A stretch of 64,000 nt of DNA from an uncultured Victivallales bacterium (GCA_964635275.1 CAZWPN010000005.1:643-64642); one strand, 5' to 3'; shown: positions 10,991-21,080, counted from the stretch's first letter. The notes: generated by a model not told the origin, from the sequence alone. Program-made: numbers and translations.

Positions 10991-11926
10991 ATGCATCTTG
11001 TTACCGGTGGGGCTGGGTTCATAGGGTCCAATCTAGTCAGGGCATTGGTGGCTGCAGGGGCGGACGTCCGCGTGCTGGACAGCATGGTAGGTGGGCGTGA
11101 GCGCAACCTTGACGACCTACTGTCGAAGATCGACTGGGTCGTTGGCGATATTCGCGACGCACGGGTGGTTCAGGATGCCATGCGAAACGTGGCTGCGGTG
11201 TTTCACATGGCTGCGTTGCCGTCAGTTGAGGGATCCGTTCAAGACCCGTCCACATCGCATGCAGTCAATTTGACGGGCACGCTTAATCTGATGGTCGCGG
11301 CCCGCGATGCCGGTGTTGAGCGGTTCATCTTTTCGTCCTCCTGTGCAGTTTACGGGAATGCACCGGAACTGCCAAAGACGGAGCATATGATGCCCGATCC
11401 TCTTTCTCCGTACGCGGCACAGAAACTTGCGGGCGAGAACTACTGCCGGCTCTTCCACGATCTCTATGGCATGCGGACCTTCTCCCTGCGGTATTTTAAT
11501 GTCTTTGGTCCCCGCCAGAACCCGCGATCGCAGTATGCAGCGGCAATACCTTGCTTCATCGCGGCTGCGCGGGCTGGCCGGGCGCCGATCATTTATGGCG
11601 ATGGGGAGCAAACGCGGGATTTCGTATTTGTGGAAGACGTTGTGCGGGCTAATCTCTGTTGCGTAATGGCGCCGGAGAATACCGCTGGACGGGTGTACAA
11701 CATTGCCGGGGGGGAACGAATTACGGTCAAACGTGTTGCAACGGCAGTGCTCGACATCATTGGCTCCGGGGTTGAGCCTGTCTATCAGGCGGCCAGACCC
11801 GGGGAAGTCAGGCACTCACAGTCGGATACATCTTTGGCCAGGGAACATCTAAACTGGACGCCATCGGTGGGTTTTGAAGAGGGATTGCGGCATACAGTCG
11901 AGTACTTTCTCCGGAGGGAAACGTAG
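10991..11926 (+). CDS. NAD-dependent sugar-nucleotide epimerase/dehydratase (SDR family)
   Basis: Rossmann motif 'VTGGAGFIGSNLV' and the YxxxK motif ('YAAQKLAGE'). Size and layout resemble UDP-glucose/GlcNAc 4-epimerases. Confidence 0.8.
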   Translation: MHLVTGGAGFIGSNLVRALVAAGADVRVLDSMVGGRERNLDDLLSKIDWVVGDIRDARVVQDAMRNVAAVFHMAALPSVEGSVQDPSTSHAVNLTGTLNLMVAARDAGVERFIFSSSCAVYGNAPELPKTEHMMPDPLSPYAAQKLAGENYCRLFHDLYGMRTFSLRYFNVFGPRQNPRSQYAAAIPCFIAAARAGRAPIIYGDGEQTRDFVFVEDVVRANLCCVMAPENTAGRVYNIAGGERITVKRVATAVLDIIGSGVEPVYQAARPGEVRHSQSDTSLAREHLNWTPSVGFEEGLRHTVEYFLRRET

Positions 11927-14181
11927 TGGGCGCGAGCGCACATCTTGCGATGGAGCGCCCAGCGTTGCTTTTCGGGCACGGGGAGTCGGATGGTCTTGTG
12001 GCTGTCGAGCGCGTTGATGGCTGTGGCGGTCCGGATGGGATGGCATGCTTTTTCCGGCGTGGAAAGGAGACCGTACGCGAGGACTTTGATTTCAGGCCTT
12101 TCATTGTTATGGCAAAGGAGTTGTTGGATGGCCTCGCCGTCATGCCAGTGGCCCATCAGGCCTTGTCTGGAAGTGGGCCCCTCAACTGCCTTGCCGAATT
12201 TGCCTCGTGGCTGGACTGCCTCAAAGCCAAGGATGGGCTGGTCAAGAAGACCGGCGCCAGGCCTACCGATGCAGCGGCGCCGTATTTGTTTCTTAACGAT
12301 CCGGTTCAGCAGTACCTGCTTCGCAGCGGCCGGACGCAGTTTGGGCAGATGAGTTTTCGCGATGTGAAGCGAATGCAACTCGATATCGAATGCCGGACAA
12401 CCCCGGGATACGAGTTTTGCAATGCGGACCGTGAGGGAGATTGCATACTTGCAATCGGCCTGGGTGATTCCGTGGGATGGGAGAGAATACTCTCCTCGGC
12501 GGAGATGTCTGAAAAGGTGCTGCTGGAGAATCTGGTTGCGTGCGTTCAGGAAAGGGACCCCGATGTAATAGAAGGGCACAATCTGTTCAACTTCGACCTG
12601 CCGTACATCGAGAAGCGGGCCCGACGTCACGGAGTGAAGCTTGCATTAGGACGCGACGGGAGTGAGCCGCGTAGTCGTCCTGGCCGTTTCACGGCCGGTG
12701 AGCGTACAATCGGATATGAGCGCTTTGAAATCTTTGGGCGGCATATCGTGGACACGTTTCTGCTGGCCCATGCGTACGACGTGTCGCATCGTGCTTTCGA
12801 TGGATTTGGCCTTAAGGAAGTAGCTGCGCAGCTTGGGCTTGCAGCCCCTGACAGAGAGCACATCCCTGGTGATATGATCGGGGCCACATTCCAGACTGAA
12901 CCGGACAGGGTGCTTCGTTACTTGCGGCATGACGTCATGGAGACTGGCAGGCTGAGCGAGGTCCTCTCCCGAAGTCAGTTTGTCCAGGGACAAATGTTGC
13001 CGCTCGGCTATCAATCTGTCTGCGTTCGTGGCAACGCGGCACGGATTGATTCGCTGATGACTCGCGAGTACCTGCGTCGTGGGCTATCACTGCCGCTGCC
13101 GGATGCTCCCCGCGAATTCGAGGGGGGGTATACGGACATCTTCGCTACCGGCGTTGTTTCGAACGTGCATCATTGCGACGTTCGTTCGCTATATCCATCT
13201 ATCATGTTGCAAGGAAAACTCGGTCCTCGACGGGACGAGGCTGGCGCGTTTCTTGAAATGCTCAGAGCTCTTACCCTGTTTCGCATCGAAGCAAAGGCAA
13301 GGGCGAATAACGCCGTCGACGCTTCCGAGCGTGTGGAATGGGATGCCGTTCAATCCACCTTCAAGACGCTCATCAACTCTTTCTACGGGTATCTCGGGTT
13401 TGGACAGGCTCGGTTTAGCGATTTCGCCCGCGCCGAAGAAGTGACGCGGCAAGGCAGGGAGATTCTATGCCGGATGGTGGCGAGGTTGAAGTCGCTGGGG
13501 GCCCGGCCTATCGAGATTGACACGGACGGCGTATACTTTGTGCCCCCGGATGGGCTGAATGATTCAGGAATGACAGCATTTCAACTGGATGTGGCCGCAG
13601 ACCTTCCGGACGGAATTCAGGTCGAGTTCGACGGTAATTACCGTGCGATGTTCAGTTACCGAATGAAGAACTACGCGCTATTGGGAAATGATGGTGCTCT
13701 TATCATCAAGGGTGCGGCACTCAAGTCGCGTGGACTTGAGCCTTTTCAGAGGCGGTTTCTGCGCGATATGTTGCGTCTGAAGCTGAGCGGAAACGATGCG
13801 CAACTTTCGGGCCTGAAGACGAAATACGAGAATGCCATTCGCAATAGGGAGTGGCCAATTCGCGAGTTGGCGAAAACAGAGACATTGCAGGATGCTCCCT
13901 CAACCTACAAGGCCAAGATGGCGAGGAGCGCCAGGTCGCGCAATGCAGCGTACGAGCTTGCATTGGCCTCGGGGCGTGAATACCGGGCTGGGGACCAAGT
14001 GTCGTATTACGTGGCCGGTAATCGAAAGACCGTGGCTGTGCATGAGGCGGCAAAACTGGTAAGCGACTGGAATCCCTGTCAACGGGATGAGAATGTGCCT
14101 TATTATCTTGCCAAGCTTGATGCCTTATACGCAAAATTCGAACAAGAGGAGACGCAGGATGAGTGGGCCTTCCCGGAATAG
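11926..14181 (+). CDS. polB: B-family DNA polymerase (DNA polymerase II-like)
   Basis: Exonuclease motifs ('LDIECRT' DxE; 'EGHNLFNFDLPYIEKR') and polymerase motifs ('YPSIM', 'NSFYGYLG', 'IDTDGVYF' motif C). Confidence 0.75.
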   Translation: MGASAHLAMERPALLFGHGESDGLVAVERVDGCGGPDGMACFFRRGKETVREDFDFRPFIVMAKELLDGLAVMPVAHQALSGSGPLNCLAEFASWLDCLKAKDGLVKKTGARPTDAAAPYLFLNDPVQQYLLRSGRTQFGQMSFRDVKRMQLDIECRTTPGYEFCNADREGDCILAIGLGDSVGWERILSSAEMSEKVLLENLVACVQERDPDVIEGHNLFNFDLPYIEKRARRHGVKLALGRDGSEPRSRPGRFTAGERTIGYERFEIFGRHIVDTFLLAHAYDVSHRAFDGFGLKEVAAQLGLAAPDREHIPGDMIGATFQTEPDRVLRYLRHDVMETGRLSEVLSRSQFVQGQMLPLGYQSVCVRGNAARIDSLMTREYLRRGLSLPLPDAPREFEGGYTDIFATGVVSNVHHCDVRSLYPSIMLQGKLGPRRDEAGAFLEMLRALTLFRIEAKARANNAVDASERVEWDAVQSTFKTLINSFYGYLGFGQARFSDFARAEEVTRQGREILCRMVARLKSLGARPIEIDTDGVYFVPPDGLNDSGMTAFQLDVAADLPDGIQVEFDGNYRAMFSYRMKNYALLGNDGALIIKGAALKSRGLEPFQRRFLRDMLRLKLSGNDAQLSGLKTKYENAIRNREWPIRELAKTETLQDAPSTYKAKMARSARSRNAAYELALASGREYRAGDQVSYYVAGNRKTVAVHEAAKLVSDWNPCQRDENVPYYLAKLDALYAKFEQEETQDEWAFPE

Positions 14182-14605
14182 TCGCGCGGGGTTTACACTT
14201 CTTGAGATTCTGGTTGTCGTGATGATCATCACGATTCTGGCAACGATCGTAGGACTGAATGTGCTCAAGGAGCCAGGAAAGGCTCGCGTCACTGTCGCCA
14301 AGTCGCAAATCGGGGTTTTTCGCAGTGCGCTTCAGCGATACAAGATGGACAATGGGAGTTATCCGTCCCAGGTTCATGGATTGGCGGCGCTTTGCGAGAA
14401 GCCGTCTGTTGATCCGGTTCCAGCTCACTATCCGGATGACGGATACCTAGACTCTCGAAAGATTCCTCTTGACCCTTGGGGCCATGAGTATGTGTATCTT
14501 TCGCCGGGGCCGGAAGGCGAGCCGTTTATTGTGCTGAGCTACGGCGCCGACGGCGAACCCGGCGGAACGCAAGAAAACGCTGACCAGTCGAGCGCCGATC
14601 TGTGA
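14159..14605 (+). CDS. gspG: Type II secretion/type IV pilin-like pseudopilin GspG
   Basis: Prepilin leader and methylation site 'RAGFTLLEILVVVMIITILATIV', plus the conserved GspG core 'GSYPS...GL.AL'. It overlaps the polB 3' end by ~23 bp. Confidence 0.75.
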   Translation: MSGPSRNSRAGFTLLEILVVVMIITILATIVGLNVLKEPGKARVTVAKSQIGVFRSALQRYKMDNGSYPSQVHGLAALCEKPSVDPVPAHYPDDGYLDSRKIPLDPWGHEYVYLSPGPEGEPFIVLSYGADGEPGGTQENADQSSADL

Positions 14606-14702
14606 TGCGAATCGCCGGGAATTTCGTGTATGGACAAGGTGGTCGCAGGTGTTAGATAATAAACACCTCTGTGCTGGCCCGGAATTGGGTGGAGGGAAGA
14701 GG

Positions 14703-15212
14703 ATGAAATCATTCGGATGGGTCATTGCTCCAGTTGTTTTTTTGATTGTAGGGCAGCTCGCGGTGGCTGATGAGTCGCGGACGGAGTCGTCGAGCAACGA
14801 GTTGCCCAGATTAGAGATTTCGCAGGTCCCTGTTTCGGCAGACTCCCTGACGGAAACACTCGTTCGTCGGGAGCGTGAATTGGCCGAGGCAAGGACCGAG
14901 ATTGCTCGGTTACTGGAGCAGGTTAAGGCTCTGGAGTCATCGAATCGGCGCGAGAAGATAGCGCTACACTACAACCTGGGGTGTGTCTTCAAAGCGGCAC
15001 AGCACTTTGAAAGGGCCGAGTCTGAGTTTCTGAAGGTCTTGATCCTTGATTCCGATGACCCTGCGGTTCATTACAACCTGGGCATACTGTACGAGGATGA
15101 TCTCAAGAAGCCGTCGAAGGCCCGTGAACACTACACGCGGTTCCTGGAACTTGCACCCGAAGACCGGGATGCGCCAAAGGTCCGGGAATGGCTTGCCCGG
15201 TTGAAACCGTGA
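14703..15212 (+). CDS. Secreted TPR-repeat protein
   Basis: Signal peptide 'MKSFGWVIAPVVFLIVGQLAVA' and TPR-like 'HYNLGCVF..A..HFERAESEFLKVL' repeats. Confidence 0.5.
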   Translation: MKSFGWVIAPVVFLIVGQLAVADESRTESSSNELPRLEISQVPVSADSLTETLVRRERELAEARTEIARLLEQVKALESSNRREKIALHYNLGCVFKAAQHFERAESEFLKVLILDSDDPAVHYNLGILYEDDLKKPSKAREHYTRFLELAPEDRDAPKVREWLARLKP

Positions 15213-15215
15213 GAG

Positions 15216-16244
15216 GTGGGGCGCGTGATTATCTGTGCGAAAGGGTATCCTCGAGCTGGGCTTATCGGGAACCCCTCCGATGGCTATAACGGTAAGACCA
15301 TCGCGTTCGCATTTTCCAACTTCTCTGCTGAAGTAATCCTTTACGAGACACCGGAGTTGGAGATCCTGCCAGACAAGCGCGATCACTCGCGGTTCAGCTC
15401 GGTGAAGGAGTTGGTGGATGACGTTGGCCTTTACGGGTATTACGGCGGTATTCGGCTGCTTAAGGCCGCGATCAAGCGGTTTTACGAGTACTGCACGACC
15501 CAAGGCGCGACGCTGCACGGACGCAACTTTACGATACGCTATAGATCCGACATACCGCACATGGTGGGACTTGCAGGGTCCAGCGCCATTATTACCGCGT
15601 GCATGCGGGCGCTGATGGAGTTCTACGGCGTGCGTATTCCCCGGCCGCAACTGGCGAACCTCATCCTGGCCGTGGAAAAGGAGGAGTTGGGTATTTCGGC
15701 TGGTCTGCAGGATCGCGTGGCGCAGGTGTATCAGGGATTGGTCTATATGGATTTTGATCTGTCGCTGATGGAGCGCCAAGGGTACGGACGCTACGAGGAG
15801 ATGCCTTCCGAGCTGCTTCCTCCGCTCTATATTGCCTACCGATCCGCGCTGGCTCAGAGTTCCGAGGTGTTTCATAACACACTTCGGGATCGTTACGTGA
15901 AGGGGGATGCCGAGGTCATGAAGGCGATAGCGTTTTGGATGGGACTTACGGACACGGTGCGGGATTGTATCGTGGTCCGGCGGTACGCGGAACTGCCGGC
16001 ATTGCTCAACGCCAACTTCGACCGTCGGGCGGCCCTTTGTCAGATCAGCACCGGCAACCTCCGTATGGTGGCTGCCGCCCGGGCCACCGGAGCCAGCGCC
16101 AAGTTCACCGGCTCCGGAGGGGCAATTGTAGGAACCTACCGGGATGAGTCTATGTTCCAGGCGCTAAAGACCACGCTGGAACCGATGGGCATCCACGTGA
16201 TTCGTCCGGAAATCGCGCCGCCCGTTGGGGAGGCGAAACCATGA
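15216..16244 (+). CDS. GHMP-family sugar kinase
   Basis: GHMP ATP-binding motif 'GLAGSSAIITACMRAL' and an N-terminal 'RAGLIGNPSDGY' motif. It sits immediately upstream of galU. Confidence 0.6.
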   Translation: MGRVIICAKGYPRAGLIGNPSDGYNGKTIAFAFSNFSAEVILYETPELEILPDKRDHSRFSSVKELVDDVGLYGYYGGIRLLKAAIKRFYEYCTTQGATLHGRNFTIRYRSDIPHMVGLAGSSAIITACMRALMEFYGVRIPRPQLANLILAVEKEELGISAGLQDRVAQVYQGLVYMDFDLSLMERQGYGRYEEMPSELLPPLYIAYRSALAQSSEVFHNTLRDRYVKGDAEVMKAIAFWMGLTDTVRDCIVVRRYAELPALLNANFDRRAALCQISTGNLRMVAAARATGASAKFTGSGGAIVGTYRDESMFQALKTTLEPMGIHVIRPEIAPPVGEAKP

Positions 16245-17113
16245 TTCGCAAAGCCGTCATACCGGCAGCTGGACTGGGCACCCGGTTTCTGCCTGCCACG
16301 AAGTCTCAGCCGAAGGAAATGTTGCCAATCATAGACAAACCGGTCATACAACACGTCGTGGAAGAGGCTGTGGGCGCCGGTATCACCGACATTCTCATGA
16401 TCATCGGCAAGGGAAAGCGGGCCATTGAGGAGCATTTTGATCGTAATTTCGAACTGGAGAATGAGCTATCGACGAAGGGCCGGCTGGATGAGCTTGAATC
16501 CATGCGAAGGATTTCGTCGATGGCCGATATACATTTCGTCTGGCAGAAAGGGCTGAATGGCCTAGGCGATGCCGTCTCCTATGCAAGGAACCATGTGGGG
16601 CAGGAACCGTTTGCGGTGCTGTTGGGCGATACCATCATTCGCACCGAATCCGGCGAGCCGGTCATCCAGCAGATGGCGCGGGTCTTCGATCAGCATGAAT
16701 CGCCGGTTGTGGCGCTGGAAGAAGTGCCGTGGAGCAAGGTCAGCCGTTACGGGGTGATTGACGGCGGGGCGATTGGTGGTGGAGTATACCGGATTGATGA
16801 CGTGATCGAGAAGCCGTCGGCCGATGAGGCACCCTCCAACATGGTGGTAGCGGGACGATACATATTGACCCCCGACGTTTTCGACTGCCTGCAGCAAACG
16901 CCGCGTGGCAAGAACAACGAGATTCAACTGACGGACGCCTTGCGTATGCTGCTTAGGAAGCGCGCCATGTACGGGTTTCGCTTCGCTGGCAAACGCTACG
17001 ACATCGGCAACAAGTTGGATTTCATCAAGACCAACATGGAGTTTGCGCTGATGGATAAGGGGTTGAAGGGCGACTTCACGGCGTACGTCAAGGAACTTGC
17101 TGGTCGCTTATAG
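16241..17113 (+). CDS. galU: UTP--glucose-1-phosphate uridylyltransferase
   Basis: The N-terminus 'KAVIPAAGLGTRFLPATKSQPKEMLPI(I)DKPVIQ' is a near-textbook GalU signature. The ~290 aa length fits. Confidence 0.88.
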   Translation: MIRKAVIPAAGLGTRFLPATKSQPKEMLPIIDKPVIQHVVEEAVGAGITDILMIIGKGKRAIEEHFDRNFELENELSTKGRLDELESMRRISSMADIHFVWQKGLNGLGDAVSYARNHVGQEPFAVLLGDTIIRTESGEPVIQQMARVFDQHESPVVALEEVPWSKVSRYGVIDGGAIGGGVYRIDDVIEKPSADEAPSNMVVAGRYILTPDVFDCLQQTPRGKNNEIQLTDALRMLLRKRAMYGFRFAGKRYDIGNKLDFIKTNMEFALMDKGLKGDFTAYVKELAGRL

Positions 17114-17149
17114 CTGCTCCGTAGGCCTCACGACGCCTGCACGCGGACG

Positions 17150-19174
17150 TCAGATCGGTTTCAGGACCAGAGCCACACGGCTGGGCAGGTAAAGACGGAT
17201 GTAGCGCCTGAGATTATTACCCTCGATCACAGGCTGGGAAAAGTATCGCTGTTCGTGTGCCACATGCCCGTGTCCGCCAAATCGCCGGTCATCCGTGTCC
17301 AGCGCGAGACAGAAGTTGCCCGACGGAATCTCAACGGCGAAGTCGGTCCACGATGACGAGGGGTGGAAGTTGAAGGCGAACACCCAACCCGCACGTTCGA
17401 AACAGAGCGTCTTTCGTTCCTCATTCAGTGCCAGAAGACGTGGCTGGGCTTTGCCCAAAATTCCAGACGAGCGGAGCGTGGCGATCATCGCCTCATCGAA
17501 GTCGGCCAGAAACCGGTATAGCAGGTCGGGGGCATCCCGCAAGCTCCACTGCCGCCTGGCGTAGTGATAAGACCAGTGGTTGCCCTCCCGTGGAAAATCA
17601 ACCCACTCAGGATGGCCGAACTCGTTGCCCATGAAGTTGAGGTACCCGTGACCCGCAGTGGCAAGGGTGGCAAGCCTCATCATCTTGTGCAGCGCTATGC
17701 CGCGGTCCACCGTAAGCCGATGACTGCCAGCGCGCATGCCGTCATACATGTCGGCGCCGATCAGTTCGAAAATCATGCTCTTGCCGCCGACCAGGGCCTG
17801 GTCATGGCACTCCACGTAGCTGACAACACGCTCATCTGTTCGGCGATTGGTCAACTCCCGCCAGAGATACCCCATGCACCATGCTTCGTCGGCAGTGCTG
17901 TTGGCCAGTTTGAACCAACAGTCCGGTACCCCCATGGCAAGACGGCAGTCAAAACCGCATCCGCCTTCGCTGCTGGGCGCGGCCAGCCCTGGCATACCGC
18001 TAACGTCTTCCGCAATGGTCATGGCATGGGGCGCAACCTCGTGAATAACCTTGTTGGCGAGTGTCAGGTAGACGATCGCATCCTCGTCAACGGTATGATC
18101 GAAGTAGTTGTCGTACGACGTAAAGCTGCAGCCAAGCCCGCGATGCTCGTAGAGCATGCTTGTTACGCCGTCAAACCGGAAACCATCCACCCGGTACTCG
18201 TCGAGCCAGAAACGGCAGTTTGAAAGCAGGAAATGCAGGACCTCAGGCTTGCCGTAGTCAAAGCACCGGGAGTCCCACGCGACGTGGTATCCGCGTGGTC
18301 CCTCGTGGAAGAACTGGTAGGTGGTTCCGTCATAGCGGGACAGTCCTTCGGCCTCGTTCATCACGGCGTGGGAATGCACCATGTCGATGATGACGGCTAT
18401 GCCTGCTGCGTGGGCATCGTCCACCAGTGCCTTGAATTCCTCCGGTGTCCCGAATCGCGAAGATACGGCAAAGAAACTCGATACGTGATAGCCGAAGGAC
18501 CCGTAATATGGGTGCTCGAGTATGGCCATCAATTGGATCGTGTTGTAACCAGCTCGCACGACGCGGGGAAGAACTGTGCGGCGGAATTCCTCGAAGGATC
18601 CGACGCACGGCTTCTCCTGCGACATGCCGACGTGGGTTTCATAAATGAGGGGCACATCGATGGATGCCGCCGGGCTGGCGTGCCTCCATTCAAAAGGCGG
18701 CGGCGTCCAGACCTGCGCATTGAAAATCTTGGTGTTCTCGTCCTGCACAACGCGTCGGGCATACGCCGGAATACGGTCTCCTGATCCGCCGTTCCAGTGC
18801 ATCTTCAGCCTGTAAAGGTCGCCGTGTTTCAGGCAGTCGGCTCGTAGGCTGATCTCCCATATTCCATGGTCGTTCAGTCGTGTCAGTTCGAGCGACGGAG
18901 TTTCACTCCAATTGCTGAATGTGCCAGTGAGAACGATTCGTGTCGCATTGGGCGCCCACTCCCTGAGAACCCAGCCGGTTGCGGTTCGGTGAAGGCCGAA
19001 GAACTCGTGGCCACTGGCAAAATCGGCAAGACGGGTCTTTCCATTTGTCAGTCTGAGCTCTGTCTTGAGCGCCTGCTCATGGCGTTTTCGGAGGAGTGGC
19101 AGATAGGGTGTCAGAAAGCGATCGTCGGCAAGTTGCCGAAGTCCGGAACGTGAGAGGGCCATGATGCAATCCAA
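17150..19174 (-). CDS. glgB: 1,4-alpha-glucan branching enzyme (GH13, eukaryote-type GH13_8-like)
   Basis: GH13 catalytic regions ('GFRFDGVTSMLY', 'TIAEDVSGMPG'). The architecture and motifs resemble eukaryotic-type branching enzymes. Confidence 0.78.
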   Translation of the reverse strand: MDCIMALSRSGLRQLADDRFLTPYLPLLRKRHEQALKTELRLTNGKTRLADFASGHEFFGLHRTATGWVLREWAPNATRIVLTGTFSNWSETPSLELTRLNDHGIWEISLRADCLKHGDLYRLKMHWNGGSGDRIPAYARRVVQDENTKIFNAQVWTPPPFEWRHASPAASIDVPLIYETHVGMSQEKPCVGSFEEFRRTVLPRVVRAGYNTIQLMAILEHPYYGSFGYHVSSFFAVSSRFGTPEEFKALVDDAHAAGIAVIIDMVHSHAVMNEAEGLSRYDGTTYQFFHEGPRGYHVAWDSRCFDYGKPEVLHFLLSNCRFWLDEYRVDGFRFDGVTSMLYEHRGLGCSFTSYDNYFDHTVDEDAIVYLTLANKVIHEVAPHAMTIAEDVSGMPGLAAPSSEGGCGFDCRLAMGVPDCWFKLANSTADEAWCMGYLWRELTNRRTDERVVSYVECHDQALVGGKSMIFELIGADMYDGMRAGSHRLTVDRGIALHKMMRLATLATAGHGYLNFMGNEFGHPEWVDFPREGNHWSYHYARRQWSLRDAPDLLYRFLADFDEAMIATLRSSGILGKAQPRLLALNEERKTLCFERAGWVFAFNFHPSSSWTDFAVEIPSGNFCLALDTDDRRFGGHGHVAHEQRYFSQPVIEGNNLRRYIRLYLPSRVALVLKPI

Positions 19175-19183
19175 TCCGCCCCG

Positions 19184-20719
19184 TCAATACTCCGTTACGA
19201 GGGGGCGCTTCAACATGTTCTCGTAAATGTCTATGTAGTGACGGGCTGTGACGGCGTGATTGAACCGGCTCATGCTCTCCCGCATGATACGCGCAGTCTC
19301 GCGGCGCCGCACGTCGGCCGGTTCATGGTAGAAGGCCATCGCCTGGTCAATTGCCCAGCGCAATCCGGTGCTGTCATGGTTCTTGAACACGAATCCGTTT
19401 CCTTGCGACGTTGACAGCTCCAAGTGCTCCACCGTGTCGTGCAGTCCGCCAGTGTCGTGTGCGATTGGCAGGGACCCGTAAATGGCGCTGATCATTTGGG
19501 GAAGACCGCAAGGCTCAAAGCGGGATGGGATTAGCATAAAATCAGAAGCGGCGTAGCCCAAGTGAGACAGGGGCTCGCGGAAATCGCATACCGACACACG
19601 GCCTGCCATGTCGTGGAGGCGTACAATGTCGTGAAAGACGGATTGGTAGGCGCCGTTTGCCACAAAAGCCACCTGGAGCTTGTCGTCGGCGTAATCCGAT
19701 ATCAGCCTGAAAAGGATATCAGAAAGCAGGGAGCATCCCTTCTGCACCGGATCTAGCCGGGATGGCCAGAAGAAGATCGGCGCATTCTCATTGACCTCCA
19801 ATCCGACTTGGCGCTGGAACTCGCGCTTGATTTCACGTTTGGCTGTATCGTGATCGTCGGGGCCATAGCGACGGGGAATGTGCATGTCCGTGCGAGGATC
19901 GTAGCTTGGGTCCGGAGCATTGAGAATTCCAACGGCACAGCCCGTGTTCCGCTTATTGGCCATTTCCCGTCTGATGCTCTCAGGAACAAACGAGTGGTAG
20001 CCGTCCGCCACTTCGTGCAGGAACGTGGGGCTGACCGCATTGATGAAGTGAGCAGAGAAAAGGGCGCTGGCCATAAGGTCTATCGGGTTGTTGCCCCGGC
20101 TCTCCTCATAGCTGTGGGGCATACGCTGGTAGAAGAGGTGCTTATAGAACTGGGCCGCATCGATACCTCGGTCCTCTATCTCGGCGATCGTCACAAGGTG
20201 CGTATGGATATTGTGTACCGTGAAAAGGCTCGGGATACCCAGCCGACGCGCCATGGCCGGAATCAGCCCGGTCATCCAGTCGTTGCAGTGGATGAGGTCG
20301 GGTTTGACGATTGGGATGATGTTGTTGATGACCTCGCGCTGGAAGGCCAGAGCAATATGAAGGTTATCGTTTTCGTACCCATATACGCTGTCGCGGTAGT
20401 AGAAGACTCTGTCTTCGGCCAAGTGGATGCGGCTGTCTGGCAGTTTGCCCTGGTAGACGCGCAACTCCTCGCTGATGAACCTCGCTACGTCAATGTGGAA
20501 CATCTGCCGGTAATGCGGAAGCGCCACATGGACGTCAGCGCCCAAGTCAAAGAGGGCTGCGACAAGGGATGCCGAAACGTCAGCCAGTCCTCCAGCCTTG
20601 GCTGTCAGTGAGTTGGCAAGATTGCCCATTCCTGGAGGCAGGTAGGTTATTTCCGGTGTAACAACAAGAATGCGCGGATTCACCATGCGCTTGGAGCGCT
20701 TCGGTCGAGTCGTCTTCAA
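19184..20719 (-). CDS. glgA: Glycogen/starch synthase (GT5)
   Basis: 'ILVVTPEITYLPPGMGNLANSLTAKAGGLADVSASL' contains the KxGGL signature of ADP/UDP-glucose glycogen synthases. Confidence 0.85.
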   Translation of the reverse strand: MKTTRPKRSKRMVNPRILVVTPEITYLPPGMGNLANSLTAKAGGLADVSASLVAALFDLGADVHVALPHYRQMFHIDVARFISEELRVYQGKLPDSRIHLAEDRVFYYRDSVYGYENDNLHIALAFQREVINNIIPIVKPDLIHCNDWMTGLIPAMARRLGIPSLFTVHNIHTHLVTIAEIEDRGIDAAQFYKHLFYQRMPHSYEESRGNNPIDLMASALFSAHFINAVSPTFLHEVADGYHSFVPESIRREMANKRNTGCAVGILNAPDPSYDPRTDMHIPRRYGPDDHDTAKREIKREFQRQVGLEVNENAPIFFWPSRLDPVQKGCSLLSDILFRLISDYADDKLQVAFVANGAYQSVFHDIVRLHDMAGRVSVCDFREPLSHLGYAASDFMLIPSRFEPCGLPQMISAIYGSLPIAHDTGGLHDTVEHLELSTSQGNGFVFKNHDSTGLRWAIDQAMAFYHEPADVRRRETARIMRESMSRFNHAVTARHYIDIYENMLKRPLVTEY

Positions 20720-20798
20720 CAGATGTCATCTCCCTGTTCTGAATTTTCCAACGGCGTCAACGGTGCAAAGAGTCGTGAAGGGTTCCACGCCGGAACGA

Positions 20799-21080
20799 TC
20801 AATCGACAACAGCAACGCTGTTCAGTGAACCGTAGTTGTTGGCGACCCACTCAGGGCACTCAGGGTCAAGGCACCACACACCATTGATGACAAACTTGTA
20901 CTCATAACGCCCCTTCTGCAGCATCATGGTTCCAGAGAATTGGCCGTCGCCTTTCTTGTCCACAAGCGGTTTGCCGGTCGGATCCCAAGCGTTGAAAGCT
21001 CCTGCGACGTAAACGACGCTTCCCGGCTCAGCTCTGACGTGGAATTGTATTCGTTTGCGGCCCAAGGCGGTTGCAGGCAT
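20799..21080 (-). CDS. Stand-alone CBM48 / AMPK-beta-like glycogen-binding module
   Basis: 'FHVRAEPGSVVYVAGAFNAWDPTGKPLVDKKGDGQFSGTMMLQKGRYEYKFVINGVWCLDPE' matches the CBM48 fold motif. Confidence 0.6.
   Translation of the reverse strand: MPATALGRKRIQFHVRAEPGSVVYVAGAFNAWDPTGKPLVDKKGDGQFSGTMMLQKGRYEYKFVINGVWCLDPECPEWVANNYGSLNSVAVVD

Noticed and set aside
14964-15875. A 303-aa minus-strand ORF
   Set aside because: It is antisense to the TPR gene and the GHMP kinase, which carry clear motifs on the plus strand.
17564-20611. Plus-strand ORFs (219, 183, 267 aa) within glgB/glgA
   Set aside because: They are antisense to strongly supported GH13 and GT5 genes.
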